Part shown: one piece after another, positions 18,479 to 26,552 of the stretch | Position numbering within the stretch: the first letter of the stretch is position 1 | How the letters are laid out: every line of letters begins with the position of its first letter | Origin: an uncultured Alphaproteobacteria bacterium | GTDB taxonomy: Bacteria; Pseudomonadota; Alphaproteobacteria; RF32; CAG-239 | Assembly (NCBI GenBank): GCA_944389095.1 | Contig: CALXLC010000052.1 | Coordinates: forward strand, 9,240 to 73,239 | Length of the DNA: 64,000 nucleotides | Reading direction: 5' to 3' | Made by a program: the position numbers and the translations under genes | The notes under the pieces: model-generated | Told to the model about the DNA's origin: nothing | Databases searched by the model: none | The model's input: the letters and a program-made list of their open reading frames with translations, nothing else

Positions 18479-18901
18479 GTGATAAAAGTTAACGACGTCA
18501 ACAAAACCGGGGAACTGAATCAATCAAAAGCCGCCAGGAGAACTTCCGGCGGGGAAAGTTTTGCCTCATATCTCAACAAAACCATGCCCGGAGGCAACAG
18601 TCCGGTAAACGCAAGCAGCAATATTTCGGTTGCCGATGCTATTTTTGCCACCCAAATGATTAATGGCGAAGAGGAACGCGCCAAAAAGCAAAAAATGCTG
18701 AAAAGAGGCAGTCTGCTGCTTGATAAACTTGAAGAAATCAGAGACGCGCTGCTGGTTGGTTATATCGGGGCAGACAAGTTGATAGAAATATCCCGTCTGG
18801 TTAAGGAAAACCGTCCGGAAACCGATGATGTCAGGCTGAATGAAATCATGGACGAAATCGAACTGCGGGTCGAGGTTGAACTGGCCAAGCTTACAAAATG
18901 A
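18479..18901 (+). CDS. fliX: flagellar class II assembly regulator FliX-like
   Basis: 140 aa. The Gly/Ser-rich N-terminus, central ..RAKKQKMLKRGSLLLDKLEEIRDALLVG.. and C-terminal EIELRVEVELAKL match my recollection of FliX. It sits next to dksA as in other alphaproteobacteria. GTG start. Confidence 0.6.
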   Translation: MIKVNDVNKTGELNQSKAARRTSGGESFASYLNKTMPGGNSPVNASSNISVADAIFATQMINGEEERAKKQKMLKRGSLLLDKLEEIRDALLVGYIGADKLIEISRLVKENRPETDDVRLNEIMDEIELRVEVELAKLTK

Positions 18902-19013
18902 TTTTTTCTTTAAAATCCGGGATGATAAATCAATTTTTTTGCTTGAAGTTTAATATGGAATTTTATATTTTGCTTGCTATATAAAATTCGCTGTGAAGTT
19001 AAGGAGTAAAATA

Positions 19014-19439
19014 ATGGAAAGCGCAGTAATTCTTCCCCCAGATTACAGACCTTCACCCGATGAAGAATATATGAACGAAATGCAATTGGAGTATTTTCGT
19101 CAAAAGCTTCTCAGTTGGAAAAAATCTTTAATCGGGCAGTCCGAAGGCACTTTGGATGATTTGCGTCAGGGCGGTTTGAACCAGCCGGATCAGATTGACA
19201 GGGCTTCTCTGGAAGCGGATAAAGCCTTGGAACTGAGAACCAGAGACCGTGCCCGTAAGCTGATTTCTAAAATAAACGATGCTCTGAAAAGAATAGAAGA
19301 CGGTGTGTACGGCTATTGCGAGGATACCGGCGAACCTATTGGTATCGAGCGTTTGGAAGTTCGTCCGGTGGCGACCCTTTCCATTGAGGCGCAGGAGCGT
19401 CACGAACGAATGGAAAAAACTTATGATGACGAAGCTTAG
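19014..19439 (+). CDS. dksA: RNA polymerase-binding regulator DksA (one-Cys variant)
   Basis: Contains coiled-coil tip DxxDxA (DQIDRASLE) and YGYCEDTGEPIGIERLEVRPVATLSIEAQE. Only the first of the four canonical zinc-finger Cys residues is retained. AAGGAG lies upstream of ATG 19014. Confidence 0.88.
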   Translation: MESAVILPPDYRPSPDEEYMNEMQLEYFRQKLLSWKKSLIGQSEGTLDDLRQGGLNQPDQIDRASLEADKALELRTRDRARKLISKINDALKRIEDGVYGYCEDTGEPIGIERLEVRPVATLSIEAQERHERMEKTYDDEA

Positions 19440-19502
19440 GCTTTAGATTCTTTGATGTTGGCGGATTTATTCCGCCAAACTTTTTTGTACGGGATTTATC
19501 AG

Positions 19503-20069
19503 ATGAAAGATTTTATCTTGGCTTCCGGTTCACCGCAGCGGAAAAGGCTGTTGGCGCAAATTGGTTTTGAACCGGCAAAGACAGAGCCGGCCGATATTGA
19601 CGAAACGCCCATGAAGTTTGAAAAACCGTCGGCTTATGTGAAACGGATGGCGCTTGAAAAAGCGCTTCATGTTGCTGAAAAACATCCCGGAGAAGTGGTT
19701 TTGGCTTGCGATACGGTTGTGGCCGTCGGCACTCGGATTATTCAAAAATCACATAGTGAAACGGAGCAAGAAAAGGTTATGCGGGCACTTTCCGGGAAAA
19801 CTCACCGGGTTTTGAGTGCCGTTTGTGTCGTAAATCGCGACGGAAAGACGTCTTTAAAGCTCAGCACAACCAGAATGGTGGTAAAAAGAATGACCGAAAA
19901 GGAAATAGCGGATTATGTGGCCGGACATGAATGGGACGGCTGTTCCGGTTATAAGATAGAAGGAACGATGGAGGCTTTTGTCAGAAAAATTATCGGTTCA
20001 ACGTCGGGTGTTATCGGTTTACCGCTTTACGAGACAAAATGTTTGCTGGGTTCGGCCGGAATAAAATAG
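19503..20069 (+). CDS. maf: Maf-family nucleoside triphosphate pyrophosphatase
   Basis: Contains ILASGSPQRKRLL...CDTVV...GK..R..GY.IEG. The start was chosen at ATG 19503. Confidence 0.85.
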   Translation: MKDFILASGSPQRKRLLAQIGFEPAKTEPADIDETPMKFEKPSAYVKRMALEKALHVAEKHPGEVVLACDTVVAVGTRIIQKSHSETEQEKVMRALSGKTHRVLSAVCVVNRDGKTSLKLSTTRMVVKRMTEKEIADYVAGHEWDGCSGYKIEGTMEAFVRKIIGSTSGVIGLPLYETKCLLGSAGIK

Positions 20070-20078
20070 GAGGATGAT

Positions 20079-21248
20079 ATGTCTGTTGAAACAATCGTTT
20101 ATGAGCAAAAAAACGGAAAAGTCAAAATTGCCGGATTGTCCGGCGGGCGGCTGAGTGAGCTGGAATTTTTTGATGAGAACGGTGTGGCAGAGGGCAATAT
20201 TTATTTGGGTCGGATTACCAAGAAAATTGAGCTGGCCAACGGCAAGACCGGGTACTTTGTCAATATCGGGGACAGCCGGGATGCTTTTATAAATGCCGAA
20301 GAGTACGGTTTGGAAGATTTGGTTGCGGCAGAAGGTCAGACAATCGTCGTTCAGGTGGCGCAGGAGCAACGTGCGGAAAAAGGTGCACGGCTGGTACGTT
20401 CTTTGCAGCTGCCGGGTCACAGTCTGGTTTATTGTCCGTATAAATTGACGGTTGAGGCTTCCTCCAGAATAGAAGACAGGCAAAAGGCCGAAGAATATAA
20501 AAATCTGGCCATGGAGAATACAACGGGGCAGGAAGGATGGATTATCCGGACGGCAGGCGTTAATACGCCGGCAGAAAAGTTTGTGGCGGAAATGGCTGTT
20601 TTAAGGAAAAATTTTGAAGATATTCTGGATATGTCCGAGAAAGTGTCGGCTCCCTCTCTGCTGAAGGGAAAAACGAATCCTTTGTTTGATTATATTGCCC
20701 GGCATCGGAACAGTTTGCGTAAAATTATTGTCAATGCACGGACAATTCAGGAAGAAATTACCCGCCGTTTTGGCGATGATTTGTTAATCGGCATTGTTCC
20801 GGGGCCTTTTGATGACTTCGGATTAGAGGAGGCTATCGGCGAAGCTTTACAGAAGGAGATCAGACTTAAAAGCGGCGGAAGGATTTTTATAGAAGAAACC
20901 AAGGCCTGCGTCGCAATTGATGTTGACAGCGGCGAAGACCGGGGAAGCGGAAATCTTGGACGATTAAATGCAGAAGCTGCTTATGAAATTGCCCGGCAGA
21001 TAAAACTACGCAATCTTTCGGGGAAGATTATTATTGATTTTGCCGGTTTGCCCGAAATCCGCTATCTGAACAGCACCATAGAAATTCTGGAGCAGGAACT
21101 CAGAAACGATTATGTCAAAAATACGGTGTTCGGTTTGAGCCGGGCCGGTTGTGTCGAGATTGTCAGGATGCGGCGGCGTCCGTCTTTGCGGGATTTGCTG
21201 ACAACGGAATGCACTTGTTGTCAAGGAACCGGGAGAGTTGAAAAATGA
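20079..21248 (+). CDS. rng: Rne/Rng-family ribonuclease (short RNase G-like)
   Basis: Contains an S1-like N-terminus ([17 protein letters not shown]), the catalytic CVAIDVDSG and GKIIIDF. 389 aa, which is shorter than E. coli RNase G. Confidence 0.8.
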   Translation: MSVETIVYEQKNGKVKIAGLSGGRLSELEFFDENGVAEGNIYLGRITKKIELANGKTGYFVNIGDSRDAFINAEEYGLEDLVAAEGQTIVVQVAQEQRAEKGARLVRSLQLPGHSLVYCPYKLTVEASSRIEDRQKAEEYKNLAMENTTGQEGWIIRTAGVNTPAEKFVAEMAVLRKNFEDILDMSEKVSAPSLLKGKTNPLFDYIARHRNSLRKIIVNARTIQEEITRRFGDDLLIGIVPGPFDDFGLEEAIGEALQKEIRLKSGGRIFIEETKACVAIDVDSGEDRGSGNLGRLNAEAAYEIARQIKLRNLSGKIIIDFAGLPEIRYLNSTIEILEQELRNDYVKNTVFGLSRAGCVEIVRMRRRPSLRDLLTTECTCCQGTGRVEK

Positions 21249-21436
21249 AGTGCCCCATCTGTAAAAAAGAAGTTGAAGATATGAAATATCGGCCGTTTTG
21301 TTCCAAACGGTGTGCGGATATTGATTTGGGCAACTGGTTTAACGAAAAGTATCGGTTTGAGGCGACCCGGATAGACGAATCCGAATGGGAAACAATCGAA
21401 TCGGAAGAAGAAAACGACAGCCGGGAAAAGAATTAG
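21245..21436 (+). CDS. yacG: DNA gyrase inhibitor YacG (zinc finger)
   Basis: Contains CPICKK...[16 protein letters not shown]. Overlaps the rng stop. Confidence 0.85.
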   Translation: MKCPICKKEVEDMKYRPFCSKRCADIDLGNWFNEKYRFEATRIDESEWETIESEEENDSREKN

Positions 21437-21877
21437 CTATTTTAGGCTTATTTTTATGAGGCAGGAGAGCAAATCCCGGAAAGACGGGACTTCCAGCCGG
21501 GAGCGAAGGTTGACGCGGTCCAGGACCGCAAAAACACGGCTTTGACCGTCATATATCAGCAGGCTTTCAGGAAGTCTGCCTATAATCAGTTTACCGCGAA
21601 AATAATCATACTTGGCATAAAGTTTGTTAATCTGGGTTAAATCCGGGAAAATATATTGTTTTTCCATACGTTGCTGCGGTGCCGTTCCCATCAGTTCGGT
21701 GCCGTTGAAAATGATTCCGTTGGTTTGCAGCAAAAACTCCCGATAGTCTTCCGGAATTTCGGCAAATCCCTGTTTGGTAAGAAATTTATTGGTTTGAAGA
21801 ATGTCATTTTCGGCGCTTTCCGAAAAATGAACGCTGTATTTGGCGCGGATAATCTGTTCAACCAGGTTTTTAATCAT
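21437..21877 (-). CDS. SMI1/KNR4 (SUKH-1)-like immunity protein
   Basis: Contains IPEDYREFLLQTNGIIFNG, the hallmark LPxDYxxFLxxxNG motif, and a C-terminal ..VFAVLD....SFRDLL. The ATG at 21877 overlaps the upstream stop (ATGATTAA). Confidence 0.5.
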   Translation of the reverse strand: MIKNLVEQIIRAKYSVHFSESAENDILQTNKFLTKQGFAEIPEDYREFLLQTNGIIFNGTELMGTAPQQRMEKQYIFPDLTQINKLYAKYDYFRGKLIIGRLPESLLIYDGQSRVFAVLDRVNLRSRLEVPSFRDLLSCLIKISLK

Positions 21878-22475
21878 GATATATTCTCCCGTCAAACCAG
21901 GGAAGATAAATTTTTTTGTAAGTTCGCAGGTAATTATTTTCAATCTGCATGTCTATCAGGCGGTGGACGAGGTCATGGCGCGGATGAGTCTGAATCAGAC
22001 AGAGATTGTTAAAATCCAAGGTTCCGCCGAAATCAAAGGGAATTTTCATGTGGACATCAAAATTTTCTGGTGCAATGCTGCGGCGCAAAAGTTTGATGTC
22101 CGCTTTGGTCAGTCCGGCAGTTTGACAGTCATTGATGTGAGAGTATCCCAAAAGTTTTAAAAATACCTCCCTGATTCGACGGTATTCAATGTATCCCGAA
22201 TCCATTTCCTGCCAATTTTGCGGTTCGTAAGAAGCTTCGCGGAGGGTAAAGTTTTTTAAATTGAATTCTGTCAGGCGTTTTTCCAAAATTCTAAGCATTT
22301 CCTCCGGACCGGGCGGTGCCAAGGAGGCTGAATCTTCGGCCGCAATATCCTGATTTTTGACCATTTCAGACGGCGGCAGACTATTGGGCAGCAAAAGATC
22401 GTTATAAGCTTCCTGCAACGTTTTTGCCGCTTTTGGCCGTTTTTTGTTAAGTATTCGGTTTGACCATTCCCACAT
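21870..22475 (-). CDS. HNH (beta-beta-alpha-Me) nuclease-domain protein, colicin/pyocin DNase-like
   Basis: The C-terminal FDVHMKIPFDFGGTLDFNNLCLIQTHPRHDLVH aligns with colicin E9 [30 protein letters not shown]. No signal peptide. The start is ATG 22475 or GTG 22481, 5-11 nt after the T4CP stop. Confidence 0.5.
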   Translation of the reverse strand: MWEWSNRILNKKRPKAAKTLQEAYNDLLLPNSLPPSEMVKNQDIAAEDSASLAPPGPEEMLRILEKRLTEFNLKNFTLREASYEPQNWQEMDSGYIEYRRIREVFLKLLGYSHINDCQTAGLTKADIKLLRRSIAPENFDVHMKIPFDFGGTLDFNNLCLIQTHPRHDLVHRLIDMQIENNYLRTYKKIYLPWFDGRIYHD

Positions 22476-22486
22476 CGGCACTTCCG

Positions 22487-24712
22487 TCAGGCATTTTGGG
22501 GATTATCCGTTTCATCGTCTTCAAATTCGGAATCGTCATAGTCTTCGTTAGGATTGTAATCAATGCCTAATTTGGCCAGCATATCGTCGTTGATATCTTC
22601 GCGCTGGGCAACAATCCAGTCCGGAACATTCGGTGCCGGCGGAAGATTGCGCAGGGCTTTCATTTTTTTATCGAGGTACCAACGCGGCGAATCCGCCATA
22701 ATAGGACGGTCAATGTAGCTTTGCATCAAGACCACCTGTTTAAGCAGCGGCAGGCTCAACAACTGAGTTGTCGAAATAACCGAAACTCCCTGCAGCTGAT
22801 AGCTGACGTTTTTGGCGAAAGGATTTGTTCCTTTGCCGAGGCCGCCTTCGTTTTTGGAGAAAGAGGTGGTTTGTACGGTTTTGTTGCCAATCATTTTGGA
22901 AAAGCGCTGGGCTGTTTGTTCGTTGTTTTGAGATAAGATGATTTTGCAGGCCGTGGTGGAAATGACCGTTTCCAAATCGTCTTTTCCGTATTTTCCGGAG
23001 ATTTGACCGAGGTCTTGTCCGATAAGCAGGTAAGATACTTTTTGTCCGCGTCCGACCGCCGGTCCGTCGATAACGGCCTTTAATTTAGGCATGGTCGGAA
23101 ACTCGTCCAAGACAAACAGGCAAGGGAAGGGGCCCATTTGTCCATCGGTGGCATTGACGGATTTGGGTGTATTGGCGATGAGGTAAGAGGACATCAGGTC
23201 AATAAATGTTCCCGAAATGACGCTCAGGGCGCGGGCATCTACCTGATTGACGGACAGGTAAACCGAAATGGGTTTGTATTCACCGGTAATCGGGTCTTTA
23301 AGGCCGCGGAGGTCTTTGAAATTAATGTCACTGAAAGAGGTGCGGGCAACAACAGCCGAGTTTTTGAAAATACCGATGCCGGCAAATGCCGTGGACATAA
23401 CTGAACCGCGCTCTTTGTCAGGCATGGAACTCAACTGGCTCAATTCAACAATACACCGGGGAGAATAACCGAATTTGCGGGCTTCTTCAATGGCTTCTTC
23501 CAGCAAATCGCGCATGGGGTCGGCCATGGCCGCCATTTGATCGCCTTCGTCCAGACGGCGTTTGATGTCCTGAGATTGTTTAATCTGAGCTTCGGTAATC
23601 CATTCCAAAATCATGGCAATACAAGCTTCCCGGCCAATCCATTTTTCCGGCAGAAGGGCCCAGGAACCTATAGGCAGATAGTTGTCTATGGTTAAATTAT
23701 TGCTGCGGAGATTTTGGACGGCGCGCGCGGCCATCGGGTCATGCATTTCCAGATAGTAGCCTTCCAGCACTTTTTTGTCTTCTTCATCCAGTTTGCCTTC
23801 ATAAACGCGGCCGATGAAATAATCATTGGCGCGGGCTTTTTCGCATTTTGAAACGATGAAGTGGATGAAACCGGTCAAAGCGGCACGTCCGGTTTGAGAC
23901 CAGTGCGGGTCGGCTCCGCCTTTGGGGTCTTCCACAAGCGTGTTGCACATAGAGTCAACGTACATATCGCGAGCCGGCCCGGGAGCGGGAACGGCGGTGG
24001 GAGACAACGGATTCCAGCTCGGGTAGTAGATTCCTTCGGCGGGATTGTCTTCCATACCCCAGTTGATAATGAAAACAGGACCGACTTTTCCCCGGGCGCC
24101 GGAAGTTTGAAAACACAATTCCGGTTTGGGATCGTTGACAATGATGCTCAGACCGGGTGAGTTGAAAATTGTCGGAACAACCACGCCGGCGGTTTTACCG
24201 GTTCCCGGAGGTGCGCAGCATAATGTGGAGAGGGTTTCTTTCAGCAGGAGCAGGCGGCCGTTGAATTTGCCGACAACCTGGCAAAAACCGTCAAATCCGA
24301 GCAATTCCATTTTTTTGATGTCTTTTTCGGTGGCCAGTCGGGCGGAACCGTGAACGTTTGACTGGAATCGGTAAGGATTGGTAATCAGTCCGGTAATCAG
24401 TCCGGCCGGAAAGCTGATAAACGGCAGAATCGGAACCCACAGGCTGAAAGAGAAATCGCCGTGATAGTTGAGCAGTTGTTTGAACCAAGCCCAGTATCTG
24501 GAATAGAGATATCCCGGTTTGTTGAAGACCATTGAGAAGTATTTGCCAACGTCGTCAATGGAATCCTTGGAAATTCCGGTTCCCAGCAAATAGCCGAGCG
24601 GCATGGCGGCAAGCGCCAAAATGATTGTTACAACAATGGAAATAATGACGGTAATCACCATCCAGCGGACGGCATTGTCATATTCTTCCCACTCTTCTCC
24701 TCTTTTACTCAA
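22487..24712 (-). CDS. virD4: VirD4/TraG-family type IV secretion coupling protein (T4CP)
   Basis: 741 aa with N-terminal TM helices, HGSARLATEKDI, Walker A (CAPPGTGKTAGVVVP), Walker B (LFVLDEFPTMPKL), IGQD, and an acidic tail (NEDYDDSEFEDDETD). TTG start with AAGGA 8 nt upstream. Confidence 0.85.
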   Translation of the reverse strand: MSKRGEEWEEYDNAVRWMVITVIISIVVTIILALAAMPLGYLLGTGISKDSIDDVGKYFSMVFNKPGYLYSRYWAWFKQLLNYHGDFSFSLWVPILPFISFPAGLITGLITNPYRFQSNVHGSARLATEKDIKKMELLGFDGFCQVVGKFNGRLLLLKETLSTLCCAPPGTGKTAGVVVPTIFNSPGLSIIVNDPKPELCFQTSGARGKVGPVFIINWGMEDNPAEGIYYPSWNPLSPTAVPAPGPARDMYVDSMCNTLVEDPKGGADPHWSQTGRAALTGFIHFIVSKCEKARANDYFIGRVYEGKLDEEDKKVLEGYYLEMHDPMAARAVQNLRSNNLTIDNYLPIGSWALLPEKWIGREACIAMILEWITEAQIKQSQDIKRRLDEGDQMAAMADPMRDLLEEAIEEARKFGYSPRCIVELSQLSSMPDKERGSVMSTAFAGIGIFKNSAVVARTSFSDINFKDLRGLKDPITGEYKPISVYLSVNQVDARALSVISGTFIDLMSSYLIANTPKSVNATDGQMGPFPCLFVLDEFPTMPKLKAVIDGPAVGRGQKVSYLLIGQDLGQISGKYGKDDLETVISTTACKIILSQNNEQTAQRFSKMIGNKTVQTTSFSKNEGGLGKGTNPFAKNVSYQLQGVSVISTTQLLSLPLLKQVVLMQSYIDRPIMADSPRWYLDKKMKALRNLPPAPNVPDWIVAQREDINDDMLAKLGIDYNPNEDYDDSEFEDDETDNPQNA

Positions 24713-24739
24713 AGTCGTTCATCCTTTTTTATCGCCAGA

Positions 24740-26029
24740 TTACGCAATGCTGCGAATCAGTTTTTTTATCTTTTCAAATTTATCCCGGTCGATTTTTCCG
24801 TCGGCATCATCCAAAGCTTTGGCGAAAAGCCGTATTTCTTTAGGTGTGCCGCGGTCAATACGGGTGACGTTGATTTTCATGTCGTTCCAGATTTCGAACA
24901 TGTCTTCAGCATTAATAATATTGCCGATTTGCTCGATAACATAAGCTTCTACTTTGAAGTTTAAATCCGCTTCGGCTAATTTATCGTTAAGAATCAGCCG
25001 GGCCACGTCAATTTTACGAACCGGGGAAATGCGGTGAGAGCTTTCGGAAAACCAAAGGGGTTCTTCGTCGTTAAAGCGTTCTTCGTCAGCCAGCCAGTCT
25101 CCGGGTTCTTTATCGCTGAGGCAGAGGCATATCTGGGTTGCGGAGACGCCGATAAAATCAATGAGCGTATTTTTGATGGTTGCACCGGTAATGACTTCGT
25201 AACCTTTTTGTTTGAGAACTTCAAGGGTGGAATTGGAACTTCCTCTGGTCGGTTTGGTGCTTTCGGAAGCAGGAGCAGGGGTCGATTTGTTGTTTTTGCC
25301 GTTGCGGCCATTATTTTTAGCCGGTCGTTCGGGCGGCGGTGCGACGGGGGTGTCTTCGGGTTTGGGTGTTTCACTGCTTTTGTCGTCAAACAAATCAAAG
25401 TCAAAATCGGTCGGTTCGTCGTCAAATTGGAACAGGGAATGGTCAAATTCAATCGGTTTTGAGGCCGGGGCCGCTGCGGCAGCGGTTGAGGGTTTAACCC
25501 GCGGCATGGCAGTCGGTGCAGATAATCCCGAAGACGGTACGGCCGGTTGCGCCGGGAGGGCATAAGCTCCGTCTTCCAACGGCGGACGAACACTTTTGGG
25601 GCGGATTTCTTTGTAGGATTTTTTCTTTTTTACGACTTTGACGCTTGCTGTGTTGGCTATGGATTTTATAGGTTTTTCAAAAATTTTGTTGATGAATTTG
25701 AGCGGAATTTCCAGAACCCAGCCAAAAATTTTGCCCCATTTAATCATGCTGAGAGCGGCCAGGCCGGTCAGCCACAGCGGAATGAAGGTTAAAATAATCA
25801 AAACAAAAGCCCATTCTTTGGGATCATCAATAACCCATCCCGAAAGCCAGAGATTCCAAGCGTGTTCCCAGTGAGAAGTCCGCAAAATGTCAAAACGCCA
25901 GTTGGTCAGCAATATTACGCGCACACCTTCCAGAAAGATAATGCTCCAGAAGATGCCGACGAAGGCGATGCGCATTAATATTAATAAAGGTTTCAAAGAA
26001 ATTTTACTCCTTGCTGCCGTCTGCGGCAA
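24740..26029 (-). CDS. hypothetical membrane protein: 2-TM Trp-rich module, Pro/Ala and acidic-aromatic linker, C-terminal globular domain
   Basis: The N-terminus is paralogous to the next gene upstream. The linker contains EFDHSLFQFDDEPTDFDFDLFDD. The start is uncertain: TTG 26029, or TTG 25996 (MKPLLIL), which lies 9 nt after AAGGAG. Confidence 0.6.
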   Translation of the reverse strand: MPQTAARSKISLKPLLILMRIAFVGIFWSIIFLEGVRVILLTNWRFDILRTSHWEHAWNLWLSGWVIDDPKEWAFVLIILTFIPLWLTGLAALSMIKWGKIFGWVLEIPLKFINKIFEKPIKSIANTASVKVVKKKKSYKEIRPKSVRPPLEDGAYALPAQPAVPSSGLSAPTAMPRVKPSTAAAAAPASKPIEFDHSLFQFDDEPTDFDFDLFDDKSSETPKPEDTPVAPPPERPAKNNGRNGKNNKSTPAPASESTKPTRGSSNSTLEVLKQKGYEVITGATIKNTLIDFIGVSATQICLCLSDKEPGDWLADEERFNDEEPLWFSESSHRISPVRKIDVARLILNDKLAEADLNFKVEAYVIEQIGNIINAEDMFEIWNDMKINVTRIDRGTPKEIRLFAKALDDADGKIDRDKFEKIKKLIRSIA

Positions 26030-26060
26030 TTATAACATAAAATAGGTTAACAACTGTTTA

Positions 26061-26549
26061 TTAGAATTTACTGGTTTCGGATTCTATTTTTTTCTGAATT
26101 TCTTCGCGGATGTTTTTGACTTCACGCGGGGATTCCGGTTTGATGGATTCTATTTGATTTTTTACGGCTTCCACAGCTTCCCGGCTTGATTTCAGATTGC
26201 GGAGAATAATACGTTTGGAATCGTGTCCGTATTTGTTGATAATATGCCGGTTGTAAGCATTGACCGGGAAAAGAAGAATAGCCGCATAATCGACGCGAGT
26301 CAACCTTTTCCAGCCCCAGAGCCAGAGCGGAATTACCATTATCAGCATAAACAAAAACAAATAATCCGGCGCGGTTTTGATGACACCGCCGATTTGCCAA
26401 AAGTCACGAATGGTGTGCCAGCTTGAGGCCGAGAAAAAACTGAAGTTCCAGAGGGCAATAAACACAAGGTTGACGACCGGCAAAAAAACGTAAGTCCATC
26501 CGGCACCGATGAGCAATGTTCTGACAAGTATGAATATTTTGCGCAACAT
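26061..26549 (-). CDS. hypothetical membrane protein (2-TM Trp-rich module paralogous to the 24740..26029 N-terminus)
   Basis: LWNFSFFSASSWHTIRDFWQIGGVI...VIPLWLWG here compares with NWRFDILRTSHWEHAWNLWLSGWVI...FIPLWLTG in the neighbour. The ATG lies 3 nt after the upstream stop, with GGAGG 9 nt upstream. Confidence 0.6.
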   Translation of the reverse strand: MLRKIFILVRTLLIGAGWTYVFLPVVNLVFIALWNFSFFSASSWHTIRDFWQIGGVIKTAPDYLFLFMLIMVIPLWLWGWKRLTRVDYAAILLFPVNAYNRHIINKYGHDSKRIILRNLKSSREAVEAVKNQIESIKPESPREVKNIREEIQKKIESETSKF

Positions 26550-26552
26550 TTC

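Noticed and set aside
24740-25230. The C-terminal domain of the 429-aa protein as a NERD or PD-(D/E)xK nuclease (GYEVI...IDFIGVS...CLSDKE).
   Set aside because: The pattern is suggestive, but the (D/E)xK triad cannot be placed convincingly by eye. It would need HHpred or a structure prediction, so it is not called.
24994-25593. A 199-aa Pro/Arg-rich ORF in an alternative frame of the 429-aa operon gene, together with plus-strand ORFs at 25034..25565.
   Set aside because: These are shadow frames of the GC-rich Pro/Ala linker region. The long frame with TM helices and a paralogous neighbour is the coherent one.
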